From: Nemertoderma westbladi
Lineage: Eukaryota; Animalia; Xenacoelomorpha
NCBI GenBank assembly: GCA_032718475.1
Contig: JAUCBJ010009088.1
Location: 1-64,000 of the forward strand
Direction of reading: 5' to 3'
DNA: 64,000 nt
Shown in pieces: positions 49,201 to 62,200 of this stretch (within the stretch, counting starts at the first letter, position 1; each line of letters opens with the position of its first letter). Below the pieces are notes generated by a model, which worked only from the letters and a program-made list of their open reading frames with translations, did not search any database and was not told where the DNA came from. Position numbers and translations under genes: made by a program.

Positions 49201-49360
49201 TATTTCAGATGCATACTCAAGCCTTCGCCTTCAATGGTGCCCGAGGCGCTATAGCCCTCAATGACTTATTTAGTTGACGGGGCTAAAACCAACCCACTCT
49301 TGATCAACTAAATAATGAATAGGCTATGCTTATCGGGCCTGCCCCACTAGGCTGATAGCT
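46249..49360 (-). mobile_element. Near full-length degenerate RTE-clade LINE (APE + RT)
   Basis: KIATMN, SDHR (APE); NYRGI, FVDLKKAFDSIHR, GVLQGDTLAPLLF, FVDD (RT); RLRFSGHCWR; (TAG)n tail at 46249-46269. Confidence 0.9.
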
Positions 49361-49889
49361 GCAGGTAGAACCACATTACTGTCATAGTGGTAGCAGGATC
49401 TGGAGGCCTGACCTGACTTTAGACAATAATATCTTTAACATAATATTAATAATTTTAATCTAAATAAGTTAAGTCAGTGAGTTGCTATCTCCTAATGTTA
49501 TTTACGCCACGGTTTGAGAGATAATTACTCATACATGGAGAAGGGGCCTATGTCTGCTGCTTGTGCTCTTGACTTAATGGGTTGAGTTACATAAGCTGGA
49601 CAGGTCGGCTTGCAGTGTGTATCATAAAAGACATGTCAATCACGCCCTTCCTTTGTGTGGGCTTTACTAATATATATTCTGTGAAGAGCCAAGTTTAACA
49701 TAAGGGAGTGGGCTATTAAATACACAGGTCGTGCTGCATTAATGCTACAAGGGGGGGTTATGCGAGTTTGAGTTTGGGATTGAGTAACCCAGACAGGTTT
49801 GAGTTAGTAAGAGTTGGGAAGAGAATAGGTACCCAGTTTGAAAAACGGTATCTAGAATGAGATAGGGACTGTATGTCAAGATGGGCTGG

Positions 49890-50510
49890 TTTCAGTCGGA
49901 CACAGTCGGTACAGAAACTGCTTTGGTACAAACCCCCATCTCGATCTTGAATGTTGTTATACCAGTTTCAAGAACACTGTAGAGGCCCTCATAGGGCTGT
50001 TGGAGCACAATTAACAAGCTCTGCAGAGGAGGTTCCCAAGTAGTCCTTTGGTGCGGTCCGGATTCCGAGAAGCACACGTGGTAATGCATCTACCCAATTG
50101 GGGTTGTCGAGAGAGAGACTTGAAGGGCAGACTTGCGGTGACGGTGAAACCGTTCCACCTGTCCATTCACCTGTGTGTGGTACATGGCGGTGCGGTGTAG
50201 TTGAATGCCGAGCTGCCTGTTGATGGCTGATCAGAGCTGGGAGGTGAATTGTGAACCCTGGTCCGATGAGAGATTAGCTGGAACACCAAATTGGGCAATC
50301 CATGTCGAAATGATTGTATGTGTTCAGCTCTCTGTGGAGGTTTCACTGAGGGATACAGCCTCTGGCCACCACGTGAAGCGATCAACAATCGTCAACAGGT
50401 GGGTGAGACCATGCGATGGTAATAGGGGACCAACTAGTATCAATATATCATGTATGTGGTCGAATCGGTGGTGAGGGGTTGCAAAGGTGCTGAGCTTTAA
50501 ATCTGGCAAC
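49890..50510 (-). pseudogene. Decayed Gypsy integrase fragment
   Basis: HRFDHIH..LVGPL..THLLTIVDRFTWWPEA, SDQGSQFT and PYEG.Y motifs spread over shifted frames. Confidence 0.75.
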
Positions 50511-53253
50511 CCGACTGATAAAAATAACCAAAGACCAATCTCAATACTACTGTTATTTAGTAAACTAGTACTTTAGTAACTAACTATATAAACTCACTGT
50601 TCGCGCTTTTAGCCGTTTAACCCGCCAATTTTAGGTGTCTTCTAGTTTGTAAATCGAATTTAGCCTATAACAAGTATTTGTTGCATATAAAGTTACATTA
50701 GCCGAAGCCAGTCTATGCGCGACCATTCACCCACTGTTAAGGGAGACTGGATTCGGAGGCTCTGACCTTATTGCGGTGTAGACTTACTGTATTATTCGAT
50801 TGCTCGTTACTATAATATCTCTGACAAATATTATTCACTTTAGGGAAATATTAACAGTTCCTTTAGGACGTGGCGCTCTAAGTATGTAAACAGAGTTATG
50901 ACTTACACTAAACACAACGGGATGGCTAATGATTTTCGTATAAAGCGCAAGGGTAACTGTAGGTTGGTTGTGACAACAACAACTGATATCAGATAGGATA
51001 GATAATAATCATAACTGATATAGTGTATATATATATAGAAGATAACACCACAGCACAGCAGCGGTACCGGTACACGGTAATCAGGTAATGTGCAACAGAC
51101 CGGTAAAGGTAAGTACTGCAGTACTACTTTGCTAATCAGTACAGCAGTAGGTAAACAGCAAAATGCATAAAGATGGCGGTAGGTACCGGTAAGCATATAT
51201 ATATACATATCCATGCTGTGGGCATGTTAACTAGGGCTACGCGTAGTTGAACTGCTGGATCAATTACACCAACAGTGTACTGGGTCGGGTCTGGTGTAAT
51301 TCCTTTTTCTACATAGCGAAGCTATAAACACAAAAGCTAACTAAACAAAATAATAACCACAAGATCTAACTCAATTATATATGTAATTGCAAGTATCCAA
51401 AATGTAAACGAATCATGTAAGTCATAACTAAAAGTTATCGGTATGACACAAAGCGCCTTAGTGTTGCATAACATTGTACCAATGATTCAGATAGATAACT
51501 CAGTGCGTAACAAAAATAATATATTGGGTGAACTGCTACACCTATCCTATATATATCTATAAATGCAAGATATCAACGGAAATGATATAATCAAGACAAG
51601 CAAAAGGCGTAATATACCGCAAGTGTGATAGATGTATATATCACTAGAGAAGGAGTAATCTTGAGTCTAAAGTGTGATACAAATTAAAAGCAAATCAATG
51701 ACTGGCAATGACTATTTGACTGGCCTGACTTCATGAGTATAAGCAGACCAATAACAAAGAAACTAAGCAAACTATTAGCGTACTAAGTATATAGAGGTAA
51801 AACTATGAGGAATTTAATATCTCTCAAGACTTATTCACGCAAAACACCAGCTATAGCTAACTTTCCGGGAAACCATAATAGTTTGGTGGTCGGCGAAGTC
51901 GCTGAGGACGTTGTGGCACCTGTAGACATGGAGGAGACTTATTGGGAATAGGTGGTGATATCGAATATTCGTCATCCACGTTACAAAACAGAGTATCGTT
52001 GTCCATACTGGGGATGGGTTCAACAGCAGCATCAACGCATCCATCTGGACTAGTTGTTGGTGACATATACTCGGCAGAGAGATCCTCATCAGATGAATTA
52101 GGATCATTATCAATGGTAGTAAGAGTGGGCATAGATGGAACAAGGAAGCAATCAGCTTTACAGACACGGTAAGCATGGGCACGTAACTGATTGCCCACAA
52201 ACTTTCTCACAGAACACCAATCACCATCCACTGTGGCAACGATATACCGAGGTCGAGAACGTAGAGCTACAGGATCGGCATATAGGTATACTAAATCACC
52301 AACGGAGATGGATTGCTGGGGAACATTCTTCATAGTCTTCAAAGTCTTGGATTGAGCACTTGGGAGGTGATTAGCCGATCGACGGTCATGTTGTTGGTCA
52401 ATCAGGTCAAGATCGCAGATGGGGATCTGTTCCCCGGTAAATTGATCCCTTTGAAATAGGATCTCTCGCGCAGATAGGCCTGGTGATCGTAATCGGGAAT
52501 TAAGATTAGCAGTAGCTATCGCAATAACTGTTGATGAGTAAGGGCCACCTGAAGGACGAAGCTTGTGTAATTCCATTAAAAGTTCTTGTATCGCACGTTC
52601 TGCAACTGGATTTTTATCAGGATTCTTACGTCGACCGTCTTACGTCAACGAGGGCCTGAAATCCAGGTGCAGGATCTGTACGGATAATGGCACATGGGCC
52701 AGTTAGGGGACATAATCCAGATCCTAGTACTATAAGAGCATCACGCAGTGTTTCATGGCGTTCATCTGGAATAATGCAAGTGGCTGTAAAACTAGAAGTA
52801 CACTCACGTAAGAGAAGGATGTATTGTGAGTGACGACGAACTACGTCTGCAGCAAATGAAATTCCTAAAGTGGCAGGAGGTTCACCTGTAGACTGGGGAA
52901 TAACACGTCAGGGGGCAGTAGATAATGAAACGCATTGGTGACACTGGCTGGACACAGCAGTGATAGCACGGTCTATATCTAAGGCATGGAAGTAGCGAGT
53001 AAACATAGATCGCAATTGGGCCTTTGAAGGGTGTTGCAACTCTAAATGTAAAGAGGTAAGGAGACCCAAAAGTGAGTGCCTGGGAACTAAAATATGCTCA
53101 ACTGGCATGGAAAATGGACGTTCCCGCTTGACAACAATTAAGCCATTACGAGCAACAGTACAACAGCCAAGGTAACGTTTAATGTCACGACTATGAGTAT
53201 CCTTCTTAGTTGGGCGGGTTCCTTGTAGCAGATGGGCATGGGTACACCGCAAG

Positions 53254-54861
53254 TCAGGGCACTCTTATATATGGTGCAAAGTGGGTAACAGCAGCAGCGA
53301 TGGCTAAAGCCTCTAACTCGCATGGAAGCCAACTGTGTTGATGTTGTTTAAGTTTAACAGAAAAGAAACCAGCAACATGTAAGGGAGAGTTCCGTTTGGC
53401 ATACATTACAGCTCCAAGGCCATCAATACTAGAGGCAGCATCAGTTACAATGTAAAGCTCATCTGAAGGACGGGGGATTGTAATTGAACGGCATGACTTT
53501 ATTGCAGCCTGGGCTCGGCGAAATATAGAGAGTAATTCTGGTGTCCACTCAAGGTTATCACCAGGTTTCTCAGTGAGGAGGGTTTCTAATGGACCCACTA
53601 AGGCGGAACAGTGTGGCAAGACTCGTGCCAATACTTTATAAGATCCAAGAAAGGATCGAAGGGATCTTGTTGTAGTTGGAGAAGGACAACTTGACAGTGC
53701 AGATGTTATATGGGATGAGGCAGAAAGAGTACCGTTAGACCATTGCCATCCAAGAATTGTGGTGGTACGAGGGCATATTACAGTCTTAGATGCTGAAAGG
53801 CAAAGATCACAATTCTTAAGGGAAGCGAGAAGAGCAGAGAAAGTGACAAGTAGATCAGAAATGGTGTCACCCCCGCAATATAGATCATCAGCCAGCTTTA
53901 AGACATTACCCTTGCACAGTAAGTCACCAAGAACACGTGTCATCAACTCATCCAGGGCAGTTTCTGAGCCTGGCATCCCCATGGCGCAGCGTTGATAAAC
54001 ACGAACACCACGGAATGGGGTAACAACGCCACAAAAACGCTTTGAAGCATGCTGTAAGGTTATCTGAAATAAAGCACTGGTTAGATCTGATTTAATGAGG
54101 TTTTTAAAATGACCAAGGGAACGAAGAGTGGAATCCACATCAGGTAGCAATGCAGGGGGAGGCTTACAATACTTGGCTACCTCTGTAAAAGCAGTGACGA
54201 GACGTGTCCCTCCATTCGGTTTTGCCACAAGAAAAGATGGGTTTAAATACTCTACTGTGACACCAGCGGCCTCAGGGGTTGCAAAAACTCCTAACTGTTC
54301 CAGAGCATCAAATCGGGATTGTAACTCAACAAGACGGTCACGTGAATATTGGGGTATACGTCCCTTATGTTGGGGGGGCAAGGAGGGGCCAACATTAACC
54401 ACAGACTCAAAAGGGCCAGCCTGTCCATTGTAACCCGGGAAGGAGGGGTCAAACACATCCTGATATTCTTTCAATATATCATGTAAACAAGCTCGTTCAT
54501 GGTAAGAAAGAATACAATCTGGGTCTAACTGGACAGAGTCAATATGGTATGTAGGTTTATCAGTAGTAGTGCGACTTGTTTGGGTGGGTGTGGTAAACAG
54601 GACAGTTGGATTTAAATCAGAGGGGACAGTTGGGTTAGTAGCAATAACAGAACACAAATGAGAGTTCCTCGTGACTTTTACTGGGTGGGTGGAATGATTA
54701 GGAAGCGTTAAAGAACCATTTGAGACCATACATAATGCTGGTCGAATCCACTTTGGGGCAGACTCATAATGGAGGATATCATTCACTCTGTGGGGCGCGA
54801 TAACTACAGCCAAGGAAGCCTGAAGGAAGGTCTGTTGGGAGGGTGAGCTGGAGAGATTCAC
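53254..54861 (-). CDS. pol: RT-RNase H portion of disrupted Gypsy pol
   Basis: FLVAKPNGGTRLV, AMGMPGS, KLADDLY, YIVTDA, PCELEALAI. Confidence 0.85.
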   Translation of the reverse strand: MNLSSSPSQQTFLQASLAVVIAPHRVNDILHYESAPKWIRPALCMVSNGSLTLPNHSTHPVKVTRNSHLCSVIATNPTVPSDLNPTVLFTTPTQTSRTTTDKPTYHIDSVQLDPDCILSYHERACLHDILKEYQDVFDPSFPGYNGQAGPFESVVNVGPSLPPQHKGRIPQYSRDRLVELQSRFDALEQLGVFATPEAAGVTVEYLNPSFLVAKPNGGTRLVTAFTEVAKYCKPPPALLPDVDSTLRSLGHFKNLIKSDLTSALFQITLQHASKRFCGVVTPFRGVRVYQRCAMGMPGSETALDELMTRVLGDLLCKGNVLKLADDLYCGGDTISDLLVTFSALLASLKNCDLCLSASKTVICPRTTTILGWQWSNGTLSASSHITSALSSCPSPTTTRSLRSFLGSYKVLARVLPHCSALVGPLETLLTEKPGDNLEWTPELLSIFRRAQAAIKSCRSITIPRPSDELYIVTDAASSIDGLGAVMYAKRNSPLHVAGFFSVKLKQHQHSWLPCELEALAIAAAVTHFAPYIRVP

Positions 54862-56338
54862 CAGGAAGGACTACTGTGAAACAAGGTGGGGCCCTAAGCA
54901 AATAAGGACTAACACGGCGGACAGTAGGAGGTGGGCGAGAGCCACTACCATACTCATAGATAGAAAATCCACACATCACAAATCCATCCACAAAGGTAAT
55001 TAAGGAACGAGCTGGGTGTAAGGTAATATCATTGACAGACAGGAATGGCATACCAGCCAGAATTGGGGTACCTAGATCAGATACAACTAAGCCATGGAAT
55101 TGGAAGGAAAGACTGCCGCGGGTTAGGGTAAAACGGGTTTCACCCATAACACCTGTGAGTGGGGATTCATCAGCCTGTGCAGGAATCTGTAGGTTGTTAG
55201 GGGATATATGGACACCAATACGTTTGGCAGTAATGCTAGAAATTAAATTGGATTCTGCTCCACTATCAATAAGAAGAGGGACTGTTTTTCCATGAATGGC
55301 AGCTTCGAAGATAGGACTAGAATGTACTGCAACTCGTTGGATTGAGGGGGATCGGGTTTCCTCTGGTTCAGGCTGAAGCTCGATATGGGGAATATGATCA
55401 AACTCAACAGAATCATCAATGTGCACAAGTCGTGCACGGGCAAGGTAACGGCGATCGGATTCTGGTAGGAACTTGCAGTTACTAAGGAAGTGATCAGTGG
55501 GGGATCGCTTTGCCTGGGAACACAAAGGACAGCAACGTGGTAGTCGTGTAGCTGCCCGTCCTGTTGACCTAGGTGCATTGGCTGAGCCAAATGAGCGAGA
55601 ATCGCGAGTATAAGACCGAAAAGTTCTTACCTCTGCAGAAGTTTGAAGCTCGTCAAGGAGGGAACTAAGTGCTTGTGAGACCTCAGACTTAATTGAAGCA
55701 AGAGTACGGGACCGGAGTAATGTACCATAACGTTGTTGTACTAAACGGGGGAGGTCTGGGTGCATTAATCTAAGCCAGGTAAGTACAACAAAGTTTTCTA
55801 GGGAGGGGGTTACTTCCTCATCAATATCCGGTATAAGACCATGGTGTGAGATACCACCATCATGTTTAAGAAGGTTATCATCTGTAAACGCCAGGAGGCG
55901 CTGAAATAGATCTTCAGGGCGCTCCTCGTGTTCTAACTTGATGTCACAAAAGGCCAGGAATTGAGCACCAGAGGACTGAAAACCATAGTGCAGACGTATG
56001 GCTTGCCACACAGAAGAGAGGGAAGTAGAGTCACGAACAATAGAATTCCGAGCTATAATAGGTGCGTAGTTGGCAATCTGGCCTAACATCAGTTGTAATG
56101 AAGTACATTGTTGAATAGCTGTGCGACGACGATTGACAGGGACGGTATCAGGGTCGTCTGCAAGACCGCGTGTGGGTGTGATATGTGACTGTTTCAACCA
56201 CACGGCGGTAGGATCGGTGAAACGTGCAAACTCCGGATCCAGGGCAAGGTTGTAAATTAAATTGGCCCGCCAGGCCTCATAGGAACTGATACTTTCCGTC
56301 TTGGTAAGAGGGAGTAATTTCGGAGCTTTTAGAGCCAT
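54779..56338 (-). CDS. gag: Gag-protease portion of the same Gypsy element
   Basis: Gag-like N terminus, CPLC..H..C knuckle variant, LLIDSGAESN aspartic protease. Confidence 0.8.
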   Translation of the reverse strand: MALKAPKLLPLTKTESISSYEAWRANLIYNLALDPEFARFTDPTAVWLKQSHITPTRGLADDPDTVPVNRRRTAIQQCTSLQLMLGQIANYAPIIARNSIVRDSTSLSSVWQAIRLHYGFQSSGAQFLAFCDIKLEHEERPEDLFQRLLAFTDDNLLKHDGGISHHGLIPDIDEEVTPSLENFVVLTWLRLMHPDLPRLVQQRYGTLLRSRTLASIKSEVSQALSSLLDELQTSAEVRTFRSYTRDSRSFGSANAPRSTGRAATRLPRCCPLCSQAKRSPTDHFLSNCKFLPESDRRYLARARLVHIDDSVEFDHIPHIELQPEPEETRSPSIQRVAVHSSPIFEAAIHGKTVPLLIDSGAESNLISSITAKRIGVHISPNNLQIPAQADESPLTGVMGETRFTLTRGSLSFQFHGLVVSDLGTPILAGMPFLSVNDITLHPARSLITFVDGFVMCGFSIYEYGSGSRPPPTVRRVSPYLLRAPPCFTVVLPGESLQLTLPTDLPSGFLGCSYRAPQSE

Positions 56339-57584
56339 TGTTCAGTTTGTGAGAGTGATAGGCCTATGCTGCTATGTGCCCTGCAACCCTGGATGGCAGA
56401 CTGGAGTGTGTGAAATGTCTACCGGTAGTGAAGCTGAACCTGAAGCGAATGTCTGAATATAAACTGATAAGTAGGCCTATGTGCCCTGATACAACCCTGG
56501 ACTGGGGTGTACGAGAAGGTTGACTGGTAGGCCTACCGGTACTGCGGTAGTGAAGCGTAAGTGGAAGGCAGAAATGAGTACAATCCACGGGTCTGTTGCG
56601 GTAAGGTGTGGATTGTAGGTATCACAGTATGAGAACGTAAGAACGTAGCGCACCGCTGCCACCACGCCAAAGGTAAAGGGGTAACTGTAGGTTGGTTGTA
56701 ACAACAACAACTGATATCAGATAGGATAGATAATAATCATAACTGATATAGTGTATATATATATATAAGATAACACCACAGCACAGCAGCGGTACCGGTA
56801 CACGGTAATCAGGTAATGTGCAACAGACCGGTAAAGGTAAGTACTGAAGTACTACTTTGTTAACCAGTATAGCAGTAGGTAAACAGCAAAATGCATAAAG
56901 ATGGCAGTAGGTACTGGTAAGCATATATATACATATCCATGCTGTGTGTATGTTAACTAGGGCTACGCGTAGTTGAACTGCTGGATCAATTACACCAACA
57001 GTGTACTGGGTCGGGTCTGGCATAAAATAATGCGGTGAAAGTTGGGTAGGACGTAATGCATTGAGTTGACTGGGCTATACCGTGCTGAGTGAGATAACAG
57101 TTATACGTTCCTATAATCAAAGCCGTCGAATGCTTGGCCAAAGTCTGAAACTAAGAATAATTCCAAAGCCGATGCTCCGGGCCCAGGAAAAGGCAAAACA
57201 AAAACCGCAACGCACCGCGCGACCTCCCGCAGGCCCCTGCACAAGACAAAATGAAAATCGCTCCGATTGGTCGAGTGAGCTGAACAAAGAGAGTTAAGAA
57301 AGCTCCACATCGACATCAAATCAGCCGATAGATTTCGTCATATGAACTACACTGTATTAAGAGTATTTTGGCGCATTGCGGCACAAAACGGCCTGTTATG
57401 TCCGCTAAAGTACACATACAGAAAAAATGGCTTTTTATGTCCGCTAAAACACCTACACAGTACTTTGCGGGAAAAAAGACTGGGTATATCCGCAAAAGCT
57501 TTTACACCGCTCCCAGAAAATGGGATTTAATTCTATAAAATATAAAAAATCACAGTTTCTAAAATATAAAAATACTCTAAACAG

Positions 57585-58160
57585 TTAGTCTTTCTTGCGC
57601 GGACGGCGTTTACGCAGTTTTTTGAGGCTAGCAAGAGTCCTTTTCTCTTTGGGGCGAGCCACTTTACTAGGAGGACTATAACTCTTGGGTGAAGGGTGCA
57701 ATACAATTGCATCGGAAGGTTTAGGGTTACGGTCGGTGTATCCGCCGGTCGAGGTACCCGGTTGATCGATATCAACCTCAGTGGAGCGAGGTCGAACGGC
57801 CTTTAGAGCGCGTTTCAGGACAGCAGCTCTTACTGGTCCCTGACGGGTCGTCTGAACGAGAGTGGTAGGTGGACCATGGGTAGTAAGAAACTTCCTTGGT
57901 TTAATGGTTCTTTCCAAATCGCGTTCTCGGGCTCGATATTCGTAGGGCCATCTGTGCACTTCCTGTAACTCTGGATGTGAGTTGATGAACAAGTCGCCAT
58001 ATTCCGGGTCTTGACGAATGAAGTTGATCAAGTTATAGGAATTAAGATCGTTAGGATTAATGTTCCTGAGATATTTACGAACAAATTTGGTTGAAATACA
58101 TTCGCCAACACGCTTCATTAGTTTGTAACTCGGTGTGCGTGATTTTTGTTCAACAGACAC
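57585..58160 (-). CDS. Orphan 191-aa ORF with basic C terminus, downstream of BEL/Pao pol
   Basis: Open frame with higher GC than flanks, TATA-like TATATAAG ~30 nt upstream, ends KKLRKRRPRKKD; start is GTG; no family recognised. Confidence 0.4.
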   Translation of the reverse strand: MSVEQKSRTPSYKLMKRVGECISTKFVRKYLRNINPNDLNSYNLINFIRQDPEYGDLFINSHPELQEVHRWPYEYRARERDLERTIKPRKFLTTHGPPTTLVQTTRQGPVRAAVLKRALKAVRPRSTEVDIDQPGTSTGGYTDRNPKPSDAIVLHPSPKSYSPPSKVARPKEKRTLASLKKLRKRRPRKKD

Positions 58161-58414
58161 GAATAGGTAAGGATGGAACGCATATCCCTCTTATATATGA
58201 TTTTACGAATTTTATCGGCTATTGACTATATATTGGAGATTCTCCAACCATAATACACTTAATAGGGTGAATCTCCGCTCCCATGATCTATTAATTAATG
58301 GAATTTTGGGAATGTTATAAATTGTATAAAATTACAATTTATCAATTTCATTAGAAGATATGAATTTAAATTATTCCCGTAAATTTCATTATTTAATATT
58401 AAAATAGACATAAT

Positions 58415-58723
58415 TTTTATTCCAGAACATGTCTGGGAACTAGGATCCTTAATTCTAGGAATTTTGTCCTTTTAAGAGTATCGGTAAGTACTACAATATC
58501 TTAATCGACTATAATTTTAAAGGGTCTAAATTTTAACAGATTTTGATTTATAGATTTGTATAAATATTAACTATGTAATATTTAAGATGGGCACCAATTT
58601 ATTCCAGAACTTGTCTGGGGACGTTCACCACTGATTCTAAAATTTTGTCTTTCAAGTATATCGGTGGGTGCCACGATATCTTAATCGACTAGAATTACAG
58701 CGGGTCAAAGGGTTTAACAGATT
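58415..58723. repeat. Diverged ~128-bp direct repeat pair in the BEL/Pao 3' non-coding region
   Basis: tttattccagaac...atatcttaatcgacta...tttaacagatt at 58415-58543 and 58598-58723. Confidence 0.7.
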
Positions 58724-59248
58724 TATTTTGCGTTTTTACGCTACTGTTAAAGGGACATCATGCTACTATATGTATTATTTTAATATACGGTATGAGAGCA
58801 ATATTGCATGAAGCAATGTCAGTGAGAAGAGGCAAGTCGTTTCCAAGGTCTACCCAGAGCTTGGTTTATCCGAGACACGACGATCTGAACTTTGCATTCC
58901 TAATACTCTACTTACCAATAATACTTGAATATAGTAGGAGCTTTATTGTACTTTAATAAGTACGGATATTTCATCTTACTGTAGTCACGCATTTATAATA
59001 TGATATGGACAGTAAGGAAAGAGAAAAAGAATTATTTCTCGCCGTCGCACTAAATATATATAATATAAGTGATTTAGTAATAAGACTAATATATATGGCA
59101 CTAATCTACTGAATAATTGCTAAAATAACATTCTACTAAATAAAATTAAAGAAAACGATCATAATAAAATTACATAATAATACATACATAAATATAAAAA
59201 TAATAAAATATATAAAATAATATAGTCACACACCCACTCCATACGTTG

Positions 59249-62200
59249 TTACTTTGGGGAGTCCCTAGATGTTTGTTGGATTAGGGAGGTGGTCGTGGGA
59301 AGAGTATCTTGCCTTCCATAGTTTCCGGAGAGTTCTCTGTCTCTTTCCAGTAAACATAAACGACCAACTGGGCGATTGAGTTGCTGTGTTTCGAACACAA
59401 TTCCAGGTTTCTTAAAGTTACGTCGCATGACGACGAGTTCTACCAATCGCACTAAACCATCATCTGAGATATGAGTCTCGATGATACAACCTGTCTGCCA
59501 CCGCTTACGTGGAAGATCTGATTCCACAATAAGGACCATGTCTCCGGCGCTGACGTTTTCTTGCTGCGCAAACCACTTAGTTCGAAGTTGTAGCGTAGGC
59601 AGATAATATTTTTCAAAATGGTCAGCGAAACGACAGGATAACAACTGCATAAGTTGCCAAGTTTGCCGGCAGTATTTGTCTCCGTCCGTGATTTCCGATC
59701 GTGGGAGCATGGCTACAGGTTTCTTCAATAGGAAGTGTGCGGGTGTTAGCGCTTCCAGGGAATCGGGACTCGATGAGACTGGCATAAGCGGTCTCTCGTT
59801 GAGATAGGCGGCAATTTCCTCCATTAACGTCCGCAAAAGTTTGTCGGTGAGATACGCGCGGCACGGCACTATAAAGTGAAATGCGGTCTTCACGCTACTG
59901 ATTAATCTCTCCCAACTTCCTCCCCACCAAGGGGCGTCGGCGGCGTTGAAGGTCCAGCTAGATGCTGTTACCCTTAGCTGATCGTCCACCTGTCTTTGGT
60001 TCCAATCTTTGACGTAAGCCTTGATTTCATTGTTGGCACCAATGAAGTTCGTTCCCTTATCAGATCTCATCGTGTTGCTAGTTCCAAAGCGAGCGATCTG
60101 TCGGCGTAAACTCAGTATGAAGCTGTTGGTAGATAGATCGTTCACCATATCTAGATGGATCGCTCTACAAGTCATACAGACAAAGATGACACACCATCGC
60201 TTGACCATAGTCCTAGCACGATATACTTCAATAGGGCCAAATAAATCCACACCGGTATTAGTAAAGGGTGGTTCATAGAAGCTTACTCGTTCCCTAGGTA
60301 ATTCTGCCTCTCGCTGTGTTAAAGGCCTACTGAATGCTTTCCTACAGGGTATACAGTTCCTAAGAACTTGGTTCAGAGCTCTACGGGGTTTATGAAAATA
60401 ATAGCGAGTTCGAATTTCGCTAAGAACTCGTTCTCTACCAGCGTGGTACAGCTTACTGTGAACATCTACAATCATCTTGATTTGTATTTCAAGATTTCTA
60501 ATGAGTATGGGAAACTTAGTGTCAAAGGATAATGGAGCATTAGTTAGTCTTCCTCCAACGCGTATTAACCCATCTATCATTGTGCTAGAGAAACGATCCC
60601 TTAAGCGCTTCTGTGGATTTCTCAACAACAGGAAATACTTATCGGAATGCTCATAGCATTGCAGGAGCCTCAGTATCTTCTTACTGGTTTCTTCATGCTC
60701 CTGGTAACTAATCTTCTCCTTCAGAAATCTGTCTGATATCTTGTATTTGGGAAGATCTTTAACAACATGGACCTGCGCAGATGTCAGTGGAGCGGTATCA
60801 CTAGCGATCTTCTTTCTGGAATAGTGATAATGAAAACATAGCTTCAAATATGCAACGGCCTTACAGAGCCGATTCCAGGAGCTATAGTGATGTATCGCTC
60901 TCTGCAGGAGGGGTGAGAATCCCTGCGAGACGTCTGGTGTTCCAGATTTCCAATCTCTCTCTCTGATTTCCACAACAAACTTATTTGTGGTGGGGGACTT
61001 TGGATCCAAAGTGTCGTATCCGGAAATGTGTAGTACAGACAGATCTATCACGGGTTTAAATAACTTTGATTTACTCGCCCGGGTTTTAGGTTTAACTTTC
61101 TCCGCTCCCTTGGCTTGTCTTATCTCAGCCGTGGTAAGATGAGGAGGCCATTCATCCTTTTCTTTACTTAGGAAGTAGGGTCCACCTAACCAGTCTGGAG
61201 TGTCTACCAGTTCTTGAGGAGTTGCTCCTCTGGAGGCGATGTCAGCTGGATTAATTGTCCCAGGGCAATGTCTCCATTGATCTATCTTCGTGCGACTAAG
61301 TATAATGGCTACTCTGTTGGTAACGAAGACGCTGAACTGACAAACTTCATTGGTTATATACTCCAACACGAATAAGGCATCGCTCCAATAGACAGTTTTC
61401 TCCAGTGGATAGTTGATCTGTTCTGTTACATTCCGGCCGATGGCTATAGCGTATAGAGCCGCTTTTAACTCCGCTCGAGGAACTTTCAGCTTGTTGTTTA
61501 TCAAGGCCTTATAGGTAACCAAGGCTACCTTAATTCCATCCGGAGTTTCAACCCTCAAGTAGGCTACTATACCTATTCCCATGTCGCTGGCGTCTCCAAA
61601 TACATGGAGTTGATAGGAATACGTGGGGAGAACGTGACCAAAATATGAACGGGAAATAATAAAGTTCTCGATGGAAGGTAGAGAATCTTCCCATTTCATC
61701 CACTTCTTTAGCAGTTCTCCCTTAAGTGGATCGTCCCATGAGTGGTTTTCAAGCCACATTTGTTGTACTAAACTCTGAGCAACCAATATAATGGGGCTAA
61801 TAAATCCCAATGGATCGAAATAAGTGCTCAGGATACTTAGACAAATCCGTTTGGTGCGATCTGGATTATCTCGCTGTTTTAGTTGGAAAAACAGGATATC
61901 TCTCTCCGTGTCCCATTTCAAACCAAGCGTCTTAGTTTCTGGAAGATCGTCCTTGATAAGGTCTAGATCTTTAGCTCCTCGGTCTTCTACCGGGATCGAT
62001 TCCAGAAATTCCCGGGAGTTACTTGTGAATTTAGTTAATCTAAATCCACCTCTTTTCAAGCACTCTACCGTTCCCTTGGCGACATCAATGGCTTCTTCCA
62101 CCGATGGGAGGGACTTTAAATTGTCGTCCATGTATATATCCCTTTTGATGTTGTCAATAACCGCTTTAGAGAAGGCGTCCCGATTGTCTTCAGCAGTGGT

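Larger units (their letters stand above)
50951..57022 (-). mobile_element. Ty3/Gypsy LTR retrotransposon with disrupted gag-pro-pol
   Basis: ~344-bp direct repeats 50951-51294 and 56679-57020; PBS TGGTGGCAGCGGTG (tRNA-Leu-like) at 56651-56664; PPT near 51300-51311; LIDSGA protease, LADD RT, VTDA RNase H, integrase pieces. Confidence 0.9.
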
